Shown here: positions 48,260 through 61,215 of the stretch, in pieces
Layout of the letters: every line of letters starts with the position of its first letter
Position numbering within the stretch: the stretch's first letter is position 1
Translations under genes and position numbers: made by a program
Notes under the pieces: model-generated
The model's input: the letters and a program-made list of their open reading frames with translations, nothing else
Databases searched by the model: none
Told to the model about the DNA's origin: nothing
Origin: Balamuthia mandrillaris
Taxonomy: Eukaryota
Direction: 5' to 3'
Length of the DNA: 64,000 bases
Assembly: GCA_031835245.2 (NCBI GenBank)
Contig: JAVKOQ020000006.1
Coordinates: forward strand, 248,001-312,000

Positions 48260-49110
48260 TGGTTTGGTGCCATCATTACTCCTTTTTGTTAAGTCTCTTC
48301 CTTTGTTGGGTTGTTTTTTTTGTTATTTATTGAGTTGTGTTGACATGACCTAGGAACACAATAACGCTATTTATACATTATGTTGACATGTGTTAAAATG
48401 TATAACTGTCCTGCACAAAAGTTGCTTCTTGCACAGATTGGTGGGCTGATGCTCGAAGGATGGAAGAAAGCAGGGCAAGAAGAATAAGAGGGAATGTATG
48501 AGCGAAAATAGACCATAACAACAATAGCCAGCTGATGGTGCTGAATGCTATATGAGAGGGAGAGGAAGAGAGAGAGAGAGAGGAACAGGGAGAGGGAGAG
48601 GGGAGAGGGAAAGAGAGGAACCTACTTGCAAGCAAGGTGCATTCCCTATTACAAGTTATGAGACTACTGGGGTGATTCACATTATATTAGTGTGAGAGAG
48701 AGAAAAGAGCAAGAGAGTTCCTACCACAGTAATAGAAGGTGGCGAGTAAAGCAGAAAAGCCATCATTCCACCTTTACACTTTTCCAACTTCTCTCAACAA
48801 AACATGAACCAGGTGCATCAAGGAAAAGCAAGATGGCAGTCCCTCTGAACTACTTCACTCCAGTTCAATTCGCCCCACCTGTTGTGTACCAGGAGAACAA
48901 AAGGAGGGAGGAAGTGGCAGATGGTGGCACTCTCTTGAGCCTTTCTTTTGACAGAGTGTTTAACAGCAGCAAACACCCCCTGCTGCCTCACCTTTCCCCT
49001 CTCACTGTTGCTCACAAAGAGAACAGCAAGAAAGAAAAGAGAGGAGAGAGGTGGAAGCAGAAGGCCAGCGAGAAAGAAAGGAGGAAAAGGCCAAGGAGAA
49101 CAAGAGCTAC
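48260..49110 (+). repeat. Unclassified interspersed repeat family B, copy 1
   Basis: Shares long blocks (e.g. GGTGCATCAAGGAAAAGCAAGATGGCAG...CACTCCAGTTCAATT) with 57130-57770 and, inverted, with 59600-60470. Confidence 0.8.
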
Positions 49111-50037
49111 GGACACTGTGTGTCATACTTTTGGGAGGCAACAACCGCAAAAGAGGAAGGAGAAGCAGGACATAAATATTACATACTTGAGGGTTCCTTC
49201 ATTGTTGACAAAAAATACCTAAATCGTAATAAGGAAGAAGAACCTAGGGTAAGGGACTGTGCTTGCTCTCACTCTTCTGCAGTTTAACTCCCTCTTCTTC
49301 TGCCACAGCACAGAAAAAACCAACACAGATAACAAAGAAGAAAAGACACTCATGTAATGCCTTATCCTATGGTCTTTGGATGAAGGTGATGAAGTGACTA
49401 CAGGCCTTTATCCAAAGACTGTTACGGACAGATGGAAAGACTTCTTAGTGGCTTTTGCTGTCCTTGAACAGGCTAGCTCTTGGCATTCTGGTGCTGGCAG
49501 GACACAACCATACCTTCATAACGTCCTCTGAGGAACCAGCAGACAGTTAAACAGGCCTCCTATGCTGGTCACCAGTTGATGCATAGGTGTTGAGCTATGT
49601 GCAGCTTTCTTCCCAATGAATGATATGGACCATACTGATTCAAGAGAACAGTCAGCTGTGAAGAAGATGAAGACCAACAGACACTTTGTGAACAATGGCC
49701 ACTACTTTGGATAGGTATTTGCAAACTTGCTCAAGTGATGTTTGAGGTAGTTGTAATAAGAAGTTTATTTGCTCTGAGAGCAATACCAATCTATACATAA
49801 AAAGTAGTAGTAGTAGTAATAAAAAGTTTATTTGCTCTGAGAGCAACACCAATCTATACATAAAAAGTAAGCCTTGTACATACATAGTGTACTCTTACTT
49901 TTCTTACTCCCTCATCCTCAATGCCTTCCCAATTGTTACTCAATTCACAAGTGAAAGGTGTTGAATGAGATTTCAGACCAACTTTGTATCATCTAGCTAT
50001 CCTTTTCTTTCCCTTTCCTTTTTCCTCTTTTCCTTGC

Positions 50038-53000
50038 TTACATTACTTCCAAAGACTGATAAAATGCAGAAGAACTTCCATGCTTCCAACTTGCTCTTGC
50101 TGCCCATAATCTCCACACTCGTTTACAACTTTGCTTACATTGTTCCATCTCTTGAGCTCTGTTACATTTCTTTCCACTTGACAGGAGCTTTGTTGTACAG
50201 TCTTCAATAATCAGCTTTCTGACTTGTTCTTCACTTCCATTGTCCACACTCCAGATTCTAAAGCGATCTTCCCAAAGGTTAGGACACCTTAACAGGAAGT
50301 GTTCTGCTGTTTCTTCCTCAGCATCACATGCAGGGCACTTGCTATCCACCTCAGACTGCTGAATGGATCCCCACTTTTTTCCAATAGGCAGTCCCCCACA
50401 GCGAATAGCATTCATCAAACGTTCTTTCCTTGGGTTGGTAATCACTAAGCTCCGTTGTTGTCCAACCAAACATCTTCCATTTGTCAAGAAGTTATGCCAT
50501 AGCCATGCTCTTGTTCCTCTTTCTCCTTCAGCTGCATACTCCATCTTGGCTACTCGAGTTAAGGCCCTCATCCTCATGGCTTTCTTTTCAACAACTGTCG
50601 TTCCGTCACCTCCCTCACCTTCATTCTTCTCCCCTTCCTCTTCACTTGCTTGGCTTACCTCTTCAAGTAGCTCAAAGTGGCCATCTTGCCTCTCAGCATG
50701 ATGAATTACTGCTTGTCTTTCCAACTCACAGTAGGCCTTGATGGTCAACCAGCCCAATTCTGCTCTACAAACCCCCGCCACAGTCCTTCGATGAACTTGC
50801 AATACACTTCTTGCTGTCTCATTCCACACTGCTTCGATCTTCTTCCACCATGATTTGGAAAGCTCTGTCATACATAATCCATATGACAAGGTAGACTTGA
50901 CAATAGCCTCTGCAGCAATCTGGGCAGTGCGTGTACCAAGGCCTTGGGCAATGGCTCCCCGCTGCCTAAGGCGGTAGAGGGCTTGCTTGGCCTTGGTGAT
51001 CCTCTCCTTGGCATGAGTTGTCCATTCCCCACTTTCTTCAAACCACAGTCCCAGGTACTTGGCCTCCTTCACCCGTTTCACAGCCTCCCCCTTCAGTCTC
51101 CACTCTTGAAAATGAGCCTTCTTTCCTTGTACTAGCACCACTGATTTCTTTGCATTGAACTGAAGTCCCAGAGCATTCACTGCCTCCACTGCTACATTCA
51201 ATCTTCTCTGAAGCTCAAATGGGTCGCTGGCCACCACTGCCAAGTCATCTGCAAACAACAAGCAAACATTCCTTGCTTTATCTCCTCTTTCCTTCTCCTC
51301 TGCAGCTTGTAGCTTTCTTGCCACCACATCAATGTATACATTGAACAAGAATGGAGACAAAACTCCTCCTTGCTTAACTCCTCTTTCCACCAGAAATTCC
51401 TCTGAAAGCTGCCCATTCATGCGAATAACACTCGTCATACCATGGTACCCCTCTGTAATGATACCCACTGCTGCCTCTTCTGCTCCTCTTTTGCGTAATG
51501 TCCTTGCCAGTATGTCATGGTCAAGCATGTCATATGCCTTGCTGATATCCAACAGAGCAATATAGGTACGTTCTTTGCTTCTCTTCATCAGGCATTTCTT
51601 CAACCGCCACACCTGATCCATGACTCCCCTTCCTTTTCTAAATCCACCCTGGCAATTACTTATCCACCCTTGCTCTCTTGCTTGTATGTTCAATTGTACC
51701 AAGATAGCTCCTTCAAACACCTTGGCTGCATTGCATAGGAGAGTAATACCTCTATAGTTTGCTGGATTCTGGGAATCTCCTGCCTTATGCAAGGGAATAA
51801 CCACCCCCTGTTTCCACTCCTTGGGGAATATGCCTTGGTTCTCAATGGCCTTGATCAGCGTCCAAGTTGCATCTTGCACATGTTTACCTCCATACTTCAT
51901 CATTTCCCCATCAATATTGTCCACCCCAGCTGCTTTGCCCACCCTCAATCTTTTCCTCCATGCAAGATTAAAACTCTCCTTCTTAAGCCAGTTACTACCA
52001 GACCAAGGCAGTCCTTCTGGACCTGCTTCCTCTCGATGCAAGCTCCCAATGGAAGAATCCTTCCTTCCCAGCTTTGCCCAATGTTCCTTGAAGGCTGCCG
52101 TGCTACCGTGGTGCTCCCTAACTGCTTTGGGCTCTGCTCTACGCTTTGCCACTATCCTCCACATGTTGCCGATCCATTTCTGCATTTCCTTGATGTTCTC
52201 TTGTCTTTTCCACTTCATCCAGTCCCATTTGTTGGCTCTCCACAGCTTCACAAACCTTTTCCTGAGTTCCACAAATTCCTCTCTGGCCTTTCCATCATTC
52301 TTTCCTTCTCTTAGCCACTGAGCATGGGCTATCACTACCTGCTTGTTCAAGGATGTTAACTCTGCTGTCCACCATGGCTTCCTTGCCCTGCTCGTTGTTG
52401 CTCCTATCAGTCTCCTTTCTCTACCAAACCATCTCATTGCACAATCCCACAATCCTTTTTTCCACTTGCTCCAAAGATCTTCAACAGTAGCTGTTCCCTC
52501 CCGTGTTTTCTTGACCATGGCCTTCCATTCCTCTCCTTTGAAGAAACGCTTGCCCCCGCGTTTGTACTCCCTCCACCTCCTCTTGCGATCTTCCTCCGAG
52601 TAGGACTTCCACTTCCATCGTTCCATCCAAACCCCGCCACAATTATCTGCTGGGTCCTTCAACTCGACTACCAGTGGTCGATGATCGGTCCAAGCTTGCC
52701 ATCTGTCACCAACTACCTTGCCCGTCCATCTCCATGCTACCACATAGTCCACAATGCTCTTTCGTTTTCCAGCTCTCCATGTAAATACTGGCGCTTCCTC
52801 TTCGCGCTGAGGCAACGAGAGGGCCAGCCTTTTGAAAGCCTCCACCAACACCTTTCCTCTCGTGTTGTAAGTAGATTCACCTCTACCATTCCATCCCTTT
52901 CCAACCCTGGCGTTCCAATCACCTCCAATAATCAGGGGTCTTCCTTCCTTGACCACGGCCAGGATTCTTTTCTCAATCGCAGCCAAGGTGACCTTAAAGT

Positions 53001-53343
53001 TGTCCACGGTACCTCCTGGAGGGAGATACACTATACCGATTATAAAGATGCAACCCTGTCCCGCCAGTTCCACCCAAGTGGAGTTGGGTGTTCGCCACTC
53101 TTTCCTTTCTCCGATGTTCCCCTTGAAGCCCTCTCGAACAAAGAAACCTGCGCCACCCCTTCCATAGCCACTCCTCCCTGGAGCAGCCCCTCCCCCCATC
53201 CACCGATACCCCTCCAATCGAGGGGCAACCATCCTCCTATGTTCGCACACTCCAATAATGTCAAATTGCTTACTGTCAGCCCAACAGCTGACCAATTCCT
53301 CTTGTCCCCAGCCCCTAGAGTTGACAAACGCTACTGAAGTCAT
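50038..53343 (-). CDS. LINE ORF2: AP-endonuclease + reverse transcriptase + C-terminal Zn finger (1101 aa)
   Basis: VNSRG, VCEH, GGDWNA, VDY, TDH (APE); NYRGITLL, QGGFR, LDISKAYD, GVKQGGVLSPFLF, LFADD, KYLG (RT); CPAC...ETAEHFLLRC. Confidence 0.96.
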   Translation of the reverse strand: MTSVAFVNSRGWGQEELVSCWADSKQFDIIGVCEHRRMVAPRLEGYRWMGGGAAPGRSGYGRGGAGFFVREGFKGNIGERKEWRTPNSTWVELAGQGCIFIIGIVYLPPGGTVDNFKVTLAAIEKRILAVVKEGRPLIIGGDWNARVGKGWNGRGESTYNTRGKVLVEAFKRLALSLPQREEEAPVFTWRAGKRKSIVDYVVAWRWTGKVVGDRWQAWTDHRPLVVELKDPADNCGGVWMERWKWKSYSEEDRKRRWREYKRGGKRFFKGEEWKAMVKKTREGTATVEDLWSKWKKGLWDCAMRWFGRERRLIGATTSRARKPWWTAELTSLNKQVVIAHAQWLREGKNDGKAREEFVELRKRFVKLWRANKWDWMKWKRQENIKEMQKWIGNMWRIVAKRRAEPKAVREHHGSTAAFKEHWAKLGRKDSSIGSLHREEAGPEGLPWSGSNWLKKESFNLAWRKRLRVGKAAGVDNIDGEMMKYGGKHVQDATWTLIKAIENQGIFPKEWKQGVVIPLHKAGDSQNPANYRGITLLCNAAKVFEGAILVQLNIQAREQGWISNCQGGFRKGRGVMDQVWRLKKCLMKRSKERTYIALLDISKAYDMLDHDILARTLRKRGAEEAAVGIITEGYHGMTSVIRMNGQLSEEFLVERGVKQGGVLSPFLFNVYIDVVARKLQAAEEKERGDKARNVCLLFADDLAVVASDPFELQRRLNVAVEAVNALGLQFNAKKSVVLVQGKKAHFQEWRLKGEAVKRVKEAKYLGLWFEESGEWTTHAKERITKAKQALYRLRQRGAIAQGLGTRTAQIAAEAIVKSTLSYGLCMTELSKSWWKKIEAVWNETARSVLQVHRRTVAGVCRAELGWLTIKAYCELERQAVIHHAERQDGHFELLEEVSQASEEEGEKNEGEGGDGTTVVEKKAMRMRALTRVAKMEYAAEGERGTRAWLWHNFLTNGRCLVGQQRSLVITNPRKERLMNAIRCGGLPIGKKWGSIQQSEVDSKCPACDAEEETAEHFLLRCPNLWEDRFRIWSVDNGSEEQVRKLIIEDCTTKLLSSGKKCNRAQEMEQCKQSCKRVWRLWAARASWKHGSSSAFYQSLEVM

Positions 53344-54695
53344 TGGGTCTCCTCTCCTTCCTCCTCCACAATGTCAGACCAGTTGGCAGCACCATGATAC
53401 TCCTCCTCAGCCAGCGCGATGCTTGAGAGTTCCAAACAGCTGTCCAAGGCCACTGTTCCAACATTCTCCTCCTTTTCCTTCTTCTTCTCCATCTTTCTTT
53501 GCTCTTTAGGCTTCCACAGCGGTTTACCTTCATTCTTGGCTTCTTCAATTCGGGCTTTGCCCACCCACCAGCGGGTAAAAGCATACAGCCTGGCTCTTTC
53601 CGCAATAATGTCTTCGGCAGCCTGGGCCGTCTCCAAAGTAACTCCCCAATGCTGCGTGCCATTCTTCTCTCCTACTTTCCACACTCCAACGTGCTTGAGC
53701 CCCAGCTCGAAGATCCTCTCGCATACTTTTTCCTTCTTAAGGTCCTTACCGCTCACCACAATCGATCTGCCGTCCACAGCCCCTACCTTGGAGTAGGGAC
53801 TGGCAAAGCCATACTTTGGTTTTACTGTAGACCAATAGTTCGGGTCGGTTACTGTATCTTTGGTCCACGTCCTCCTGTATATGTTGGAGTTATCCTGCCA
53901 ACATATCCCTTGTTCCTTTGCCATTTCTTCCTTCCAGTATTCCAAGCTTGGCGCGCTGCCCGTAGTTGCCGTTGGAGGGAAATTCCTTTCCGCAGTAATC
54001 ATATCACACCGCGGAGCTGATCCGACCACCTCCGCGTAAGACCGTTGGGAACCCAGAGTAAGGCCGCCTTTGGTACTATTTGCACTTCCTTTTTCCACCA
54101 TAAGATTATTGATCTCCTTGTCGAGGGATTCAATCAGGTCCCTGAATCGTATAATCACTGCGAGTGAGAGTACGCCTGCCTCGGAGAGCTTACCACACTC
54201 GTGAGAAACACGGCTAATACAATCAAACAGCAGCGCCACTTGACTATTGGTTCGCTCCTTAACGCCGTCTGCACTGACTGAGTCCGAATCAATCTTCCCC
54301 TTGGGCACAACACTTGTCCCTTCCTCTCGGCGGGGCGAATCCGCTACCGAGTTACACTGATCCGCTGCCCCTCTGTCGTCCTCCTCCTTTTGGTTCACCC
54401 TGGGAGAAGGAATCTTGACTGTGGTAGTGTTCAGGTGCCCATACTTTTCCACCGCCAACTTGAACGCTTCCTCCAGAAACTGATTTAGCTTGTCCCCTTT
54501 GACAAAACACTCGGGGATCTTTGCCTCTTATTGCACAGCTTGCAAAGCGGGCTTCCACGAACGATTACCGTTTAGGGTCCCCAGTCTAAGACGTTCCTTC
54601 ATGGCCAGATCCACCCATCGACGTAGGACCTGTTCCCTCTCCTGACTGTCAATCAATTCAGTGCTCTTGCGTGGCAGAGTCCTATTTTTCCGCAT
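53340..54695 (-). pseudogene. LINE ORF1 with one in-frame TAA at 54528-54530
   Basis: The frame from ATG 54695 (MRKNRTLPRK...LQAVQ*EAKIPEC...LAVEKYG) continues into the listed 372-aa ORF. Confidence 0.75.
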
Positions 54696-54949
54696 TTTTC
54701 CTACCGATGTTTGAGGTAATTAGTCAAACATTCCCTCAATCAGTGGTGATGGCGATGGTGATGGTGATGGTGATGGTGATGGCAATGATGTGTTGCTGCT
54801 GTGACTACCTGCCAAGGAGCAGCACTTCTCCTTGATGGAGTGAACAATATCTTGGCAGGCCTCGTGGCAATCACCACAGGGGACATCAGGAAGCATCATT
54901 GGATGTATGTTATTTCTATTTCCTTCATTGGGCTTGTATTCTCTCATCC

Positions 54950-54990
<41 letters not shown>

Positions 54991-55427
54991 ATGACCATCT
55001 CTCTTTCTCGTGACAGAACAAGAAAAGAACAATGACAACAACAACAGCAATAGCAATGACATTGATGACAGCAAGGACAATGCCAATGGCAATGACAACA
55101 ACAATGGCAATGACAAGGGCAACAGCAATGACAACGATAATTCCAAGATGACAAGGGCAATGGCAATGACAACAAAGGCAAGAGCAATGGCAATAGTGCA
55201 TGGTTGTGTTTGTGTGTGCTAGTTTACACAGAGCCAGTATAAATTTTATATGACAGAAATTGGCGGTTTTTCTGCCCAGCCAAATTAATATGGGCGGTTT
55301 TTGGTGGCTGACGGAAAAACCACCAAAAACTACTGTTTTGGGAAAGCTGCAAAATCACCACATAAAAATTTGTCCAGAATTTTTGACAACTTAATTTGAC
55401 TGCCAAAAACTGCCAAGTGTGCAGGGT

Positions 55428-57965
55428 CCTTTCTCTGATGTTCCCCTTGAAGCTCTCTTGAATGATGAAACCTATGCCACCCCTTCCATAGCTACTCCTC
55501 TCTCATCCATTGATACCCCTCCAAGCAAGAGACAACTAACCTCCTATGTTTGCAGACTCCAATTTTGTCAAATTGCTTACTGTCAGCCCAATAGCTGACC
55601 AATTCCTCTTGCTCCCAGCCCCTAGAGTTGACAAACACTACTGAAGTCATTGGGTCTCCTCCCCTTTGTTATCCACAATGTCAGACCAGCTGGCAGCACC
55701 GTAATACTCCTCCTCAGCCAGCGTGATGCCAGAGAGTTCCAAGGAACTGTCCAAGGCCACTGTTTCAATATTCTTCTCCTTTTCCTTCCTCTTCTCCATA
55801 TTTCTTTGCTCTTTGGGCTTCCACAGCAGTTTGCCTTCCTTCTGGGCTTCTTCAATTCGGGCTTTGCCCACCCACTACCAGGTGAAAGCATACAGCTTGG
55901 CTCATTCTACAATAACGTCTTCAGCAGCCTGGGCCATCTCCAAAGTAACTCTCCAATGCTATGTGCCATTCTTCTCTTCTACTTTCCATACTCTGATGTG
56001 CTTGAGCCCCAGCTCAAAGATCCTCTGGCACACCTTTTCCTTTTTAATGTCCTTACCACTCACCACAACTGATCTGCTCTCCACAGTCCCTACCTTGGAG
56101 TAGGGACTAGTTTTACTGTAGACCAATAGTTTGGGTCAGTTACCATATCCTTCTGTATATGTTAAAGTTATCTTGCTATCTCTTGTTCCTTTGCCATTTC
56201 TTCCTTCCAGTATTCCAGCCAAGGAATATTCCTTTCTGCAGCAATCTTATCACACCGTGAAGCTGATCCAACCACCTCCATGTATAACTATTGGGAACCC
56301 AGAGCAGGACTGCCTTTGGTACTAATTGCATTTTCTTTTTCCTTCACCATAAGATTATTGATCTCCTGGTCAAGAGATTCAATCAGGTCCCTGAATACAA
56401 TCACTGTGAGAGGTAGCACACCTGCCTTAGAGAGCTTACCATACTTGTAAGAAACACTGCAGCTAATACAATCAAACAGCAGCGCCACTTGACTGTTGGT
56501 TTGCTTCTTAACATTGTCTATATGGACTGAGTTCAAACCCTGCGCACTTGGCGGTTTTTGGCAGTTGGCAGTCCACACTGGAACAGCTGCAGATTTCCGC
56601 CTCTGCTATTTTAGTATGAGTGGTTTTTGGCAGTTTTTGGCGGTTTTCAGTGGCTTTTGGCGGCTTTTCTGCTGCTGTTTTTTAACATGAGTGGTTTTTG
56701 ATAGCCAGCCACTTGTGAACTGAATCAATAGGCAACCAAAAACTGCTGTCATATTATTTTTAATAAACATTGTTTTAGTTGAAGTTAGAAGTCTGTTGTA
56801 CAAAGGCCTCAAAGGTAAGCCTTGTTGTTGAAGCTTTCATTGTCCCATTCTCCACCTGAGATAGACATTGCAGTGTAAGCCTGCAGGAGTGGACAAACCC
56901 AAGATAACATGTCACGCTTTTCCCCTATGTCTCAGTGGGAAAATACGCAACCCCTCAATACTTATGTCTACCCTGCAGCTCTACAGACATTGCAAAAGGG
57001 GATAGATTGCTACACAGGAGAAAAAAGAATAGTTAGCAAGAAATAGCAAACTCTCTTGCAAACCAATAACACTTCATATGAAAACATACCCACAATACTC
57101 TTAGGCATAGCAAATTCATACAGTAATTCATACAGTAACTGATATATCATGTTAACATGTGTTAAAATGTACAGTTGCTCCTTGTGCTGGCTTGGGTTTG
57201 GGTCTTGCTGGAGGGAAGGAGGAAAGGAGGGAAGGAGGGAAGGAGGGAAGAAGGGAAGGAGGGAAGGAGGGAAGGAGGAGAGGAAGCAGGGCAAGAGGGA
57301 TAAAAGGGAATGTACATTATAAGCGAAAATGGACCATAACAACAGCCAGCTGATGGTGCTGAATGCCTTATCAGGGAGAGGGGAAAGGGGAAAGGGGAGA
57401 GAGGAAGCATACTTGCAGGCAAGGTGAGTTGATAAATTATTACAAGTTATGAGACTACTGGAGTGATTCAGGTTATATTAATGAGAAAGAGAGAGAAAGA
57501 AAAAAGCAAGAGAGTTCCTACCACAGTGATAGAAGGTGGTTAATAAAGCAGAAAAGCCACCATTCCACCTTTACACTTTTCCGACTTTTCCCAACAAAAC
57601 ATGAACTAGGTGCATCAAGGAAAAGCAAGATGGCAGCCCCTTTGAACCACTTCACTCCAGTTCAATTCACCCCACCTGTTGTGTACCAGGAGAACAAAAG
57701 GAGGGAGGAAGTGGCAGATGGTCACACACTCTTAAGCCTTTCTTTTGACTGAATGTTTACTGAGCAGCAAGTGTGCAGGGCTATCTTCCTCTCAAGCACA
57801 ACACTGGTCCTCTTCTCTTGGTTTTGCAAATCAACTACGGAGTTATGCTGATCCTCTGCACCTCTGTCATTCTCCTCCTTTTGGTTAACTCGGGAAGGAG
57901 GAAACTTGACTGTGGTAGTGTTCATTGCTCTTTCCTGGCAGTGTCCTATTTTTTCACATTTTTTT
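55428..57965 (-). mobile_element. Second, decayed copy of the LINE 5' region (ORF1 + start of ORF2), interrupted by an insertion
   Basis: 55428-56537 aligns with ~53100-54290; 57781-57965 resumes the alignment at ~54290-54430 and the 5' end. Confidence 0.85.
56538..57780. mobile_element. ~1.24-kb non-autonomous TIR-bounded insertion nested in the decayed LINE
   Basis: Ends CCCTGCGCACTTG / CAAGTGTGCAGGG (12/13 inverted match) coincide with the LINE breakpoints; contains repeat B. Similar ends occur at ~55404-55427 and ~59459. Confidence 0.65.
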
Positions 57966-58672
57966 GAAAAACATCTTTAATTCATTGAGAGTATATAAGC
58001 TACTTTAGTGGCCTGAATTTTTTTGTTGTCAATCATAACCAAAAAAAATAAACGAAAATATTGATGGAGATATTGTAAGAAGTAAGTCAAAAATAAGGTA
58101 AGAGAAAGAGGAAAGCACCAATGTCAGTGTTAATTCTGTCACAAATGTCTACATCAAACGAGGAAAAAGCCTACTTCAACATCTACATCACCAATATTCA
58201 TACTAATACCTATACCAATGTGAATTGTTCTTGTTTGTCCACAATCTTCTTTTTCCTTACTGACTAGCTGTGAAAAATTGCTACTTTCTTATAACTGTCA
58301 ACAAGAAGCCAAAGATAAACTTTTGTGTAATATTACTGATGCTTTAACACCAAGGCTACAGGTTATCTTTTTATTTCTAACTTTTCTCTTTCTCTCTCTT
58401 GTTTATTATTCTTTAAAAAGAAAAAATAGATCTTTTTACCATGCATTGCCTTAAAAGGCTTGAAAAACCTTGATGCTGCTATAAACACTCCGAAAATGGC
58501 AAACATTAAAGGACTATAAGCTTGCAAGAGTAGACTATAAATAACAAGATATATAGATTATCAACTGTTGTTTAAGTTGGTGGATGTAGTTGAAAAGTGT
58601 GATGGAGTTTAGTTAAAATGATGGAAGTGGAAATCCTACATACAGGAAGATTGCAAGAGTAGTTGAAGGGAA

Positions 58673-58955
58673 TAGTAGTAGTAGTAATAAGAAGTTTATT
58701 TGCTCTGAGAGCAACACCAATCTATACATAAAAAGTAAGCATTGTACATACATAGTGTATGTTTACTTCTCTTACTCCCTCATCCTCAATGCCTTCCCAA
58801 TTGTTATTCAAGTTCACAAGTGAAAGGTGTTGAATGAGCTTTCAGACTGACTTTGTACCATTTAGCTATCCTTTTCTTTCCCCTTTCCTTTTTTCTCTTT
58901 TTCTTACTTTTTACATTACTTTCAAAGATTGATAAAATGCAGAAGAACTTCCATA
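58673..58955 (-). mobile_element. 5'-truncated LINE 3'-end copy with (TAC)n tail
   Basis: Near-identical to 49805-50082. Confidence 0.85.
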
Positions 58956-59599
58956 GTAAAGGGAGTATAAATATGGATGCATTTCTTCAAAGGAGATGAA
59001 TGGTGATGGTCAGGAAAACAGCTAGAGTTAAAGATCTTTGGTGCAAGTGGAAAAATGGATTGTGAAATAGGGCAATCAGTTGGTTTGATATAAAAAGGAA
59101 GTTGGTAGAGCAATAGGGCAGGTTTAAAAAAGGAAGGAAAGTTATAAAATCAAGTAATGTAACAAATAAGTCAAACTTAATGAAAGAAAGGGACAAATAA
59201 TTAGAAAGGTGTATTCCAGAAGAAAGAAAGAAAGATAACAGGAAGGGATCTTTATGTATCCCCTCCTTTTGTCACATTCACTCACCAATGCTGCAACTCT
59301 GAGCGACACCTTGAGGAAAGAGCAAGATTAAACTTACCACTGAGAAGAAGCTCAACAAGTGACAAAAGAAAGAAAGTTCACAACTTGAAAAGAGGAGGAT
59401 AATAGAAAAACAACTTATTTTGCTTGCTTTAAGGAAGGGTCGTGGTCATATAACTTTTCCTCTGTGCACTTGGTAGTTTTTGGTAGTTGTTGGTCTACAC
59501 TGGACAAATTGCAAATTCCTGCTATTTTGATATGAATGGTTTTTGGCAGTTTTTAATGGCTTTTCCAACTTTGCCACCCAAAAGTTTACACAGAGCCAG

Positions 59600-60470
59600 C
59601 TGTTCTTATTCCGCTTGACCTTTCCTCCTTTCTTCCTGGCCTTTTGCTCTCACTCCTTTCCTCTTTTTGCTTTCCTGTTGTTCCTGTTCTCTTTGTGAGC
59701 AATGATGAGAGGGGAAAGGTGAGGCAGCAGGTGGTTTTTACTGCTGATTAAACACTTAGTCAAAAGAAAGAGTTAAGAGCATGCAGCTATTTGCCACTTC
59801 CTCCTTCCTTTTTTTCACCTTGTATGCAACAGGTAGGCGAATTGAACCAGAGTGAAGTAGTTCAGAGGGGCTGCCATTTTGCTTTTCCTTGTTGCACCCA
59901 GTTCACTTTTTGTTGGAAAAAGTTGGAAAAGTATGAAGGATGAATAGTGGCTTCTGTTTTACTTGCCACCTTGCATCACTATGGTAGGGATTCTCTTGCT
60001 CTTTCCATCTGTTCCTCTCTCATTGATAAACCTGAATCACTCCAGTAGTCTCAAAACTTATAATAATCTATCAACACACTTTGCTTGTAAGTATTCTCTC
60101 TCTGCCTCTCCCTTTCCCTCTGCTGAATAGATCCTGCTGAATAGATCCTTTCAGCATTATCAGCTGGCTTATGTTGTTTTGATAATTTTTTGCTTGTACA
60201 TTCCCTTTTATTTCTCTCGCCCTGCATCCTTCCTCTTTTCCTCCTTCCCTCCTTTTCTTCTTCCCTTTTTCTCTTCTTCCCTTCTCCTTCTCTCCTTCTT
60301 TCCTCTTTGTCTCCTTTCCTTCCCTTAGCTTAACTGGCAAGAGCCCCAAACTCCAGGAGCATCAACCAACTTGTGCAAGGAACAACTTATGTGTAAGACA
60401 GTTGTACATTTTTAACACATGTTGACATGGTGTATTGGTGATGACAAAAAGGAGTGATGGCACCAAACTA
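59600..60470 (-). repeat. Interspersed repeat family B, inverted copy
   Basis: Reverse complement of blocks in 48260-49110. Confidence 0.75.
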
Positions 60471-61215
60471 ATGTGTTGATTGATAGCAATTAACCTTGGT
60501 AGCTTACCAGATAGTTCTTTGCTTGCCTTTGTCCCTTGTTTACTCACCTTCCTTATAGTGAAATTACAACATATAATAACTTCACAGCCCTGGGCCTGGG
60601 TGGAGTTGTTCAACATGTCATAACCACAGACCATTGATCTTACTTTGGATTTGTTATGTTTTAAAGTTAATAGTTTAGAATCTGGTGGTAGTGCCATGGT
60701 CAAAAGGAATGCCAATTACCTTTCCATTAGTGCTAAAAATAAAGTCTTGGCCAAGGAACACAGGAAATATGTTGAGCAGAGGAAGAAGAAAGATGTTGTT
60801 AGAGAGAATGTAAATGTTGAGAAGATTTGTGAAAGAGCAGGATGACAATGGTACTGAGTTGGACAGCATGTTTGGCTGTGGTAATCTTGGCTTGACAAGT
60901 GTAAGTTGATAAAGGAATTACTAGCACTCCTTTTTGATCATTTGTCCCTTTCTTTTGGGAAGTTGGACTTAACCAACAATTTATCCCTTTTTTACTTTGT
61001 GGATTTTGATAGTCAAATAAACATATTAAAAATTCTGGAAAAGTTGGCTAATTAAATGCTTTCCTTTTTTTTCTTAACACCTCGTTAATGATTATTCACG
61101 TTAAAAGAACAATTCTCACTTGCAATGGCATTGTGTAAGAAAGAAAGTATAAGACTAGTTTACAAAGAATTCAAAGGAATGATGATATTTAATTTAATAA
61201 GTTCAATAATTACAA

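Larger units (their letters stand above)
49745..54720 (-). mobile_element. Near full-length non-LTR retrotransposon (LINE; ORF1 + APE-RT ORF2) with (TAC)n tail
   Basis: Two ORFs with an ATGA overlap; the 3' UTR ends AATAAACTTTTTAT(TAC)n; the terminal ~60 bp is tandemly duplicated. Confidence 0.93.

Noticed and set aside
54740..55200. Cys/His-rich or Asn/Asp-rich small ORFs
   Set aside because: Derived from degenerate tri- and hexanucleotide repeats inside the TE island.
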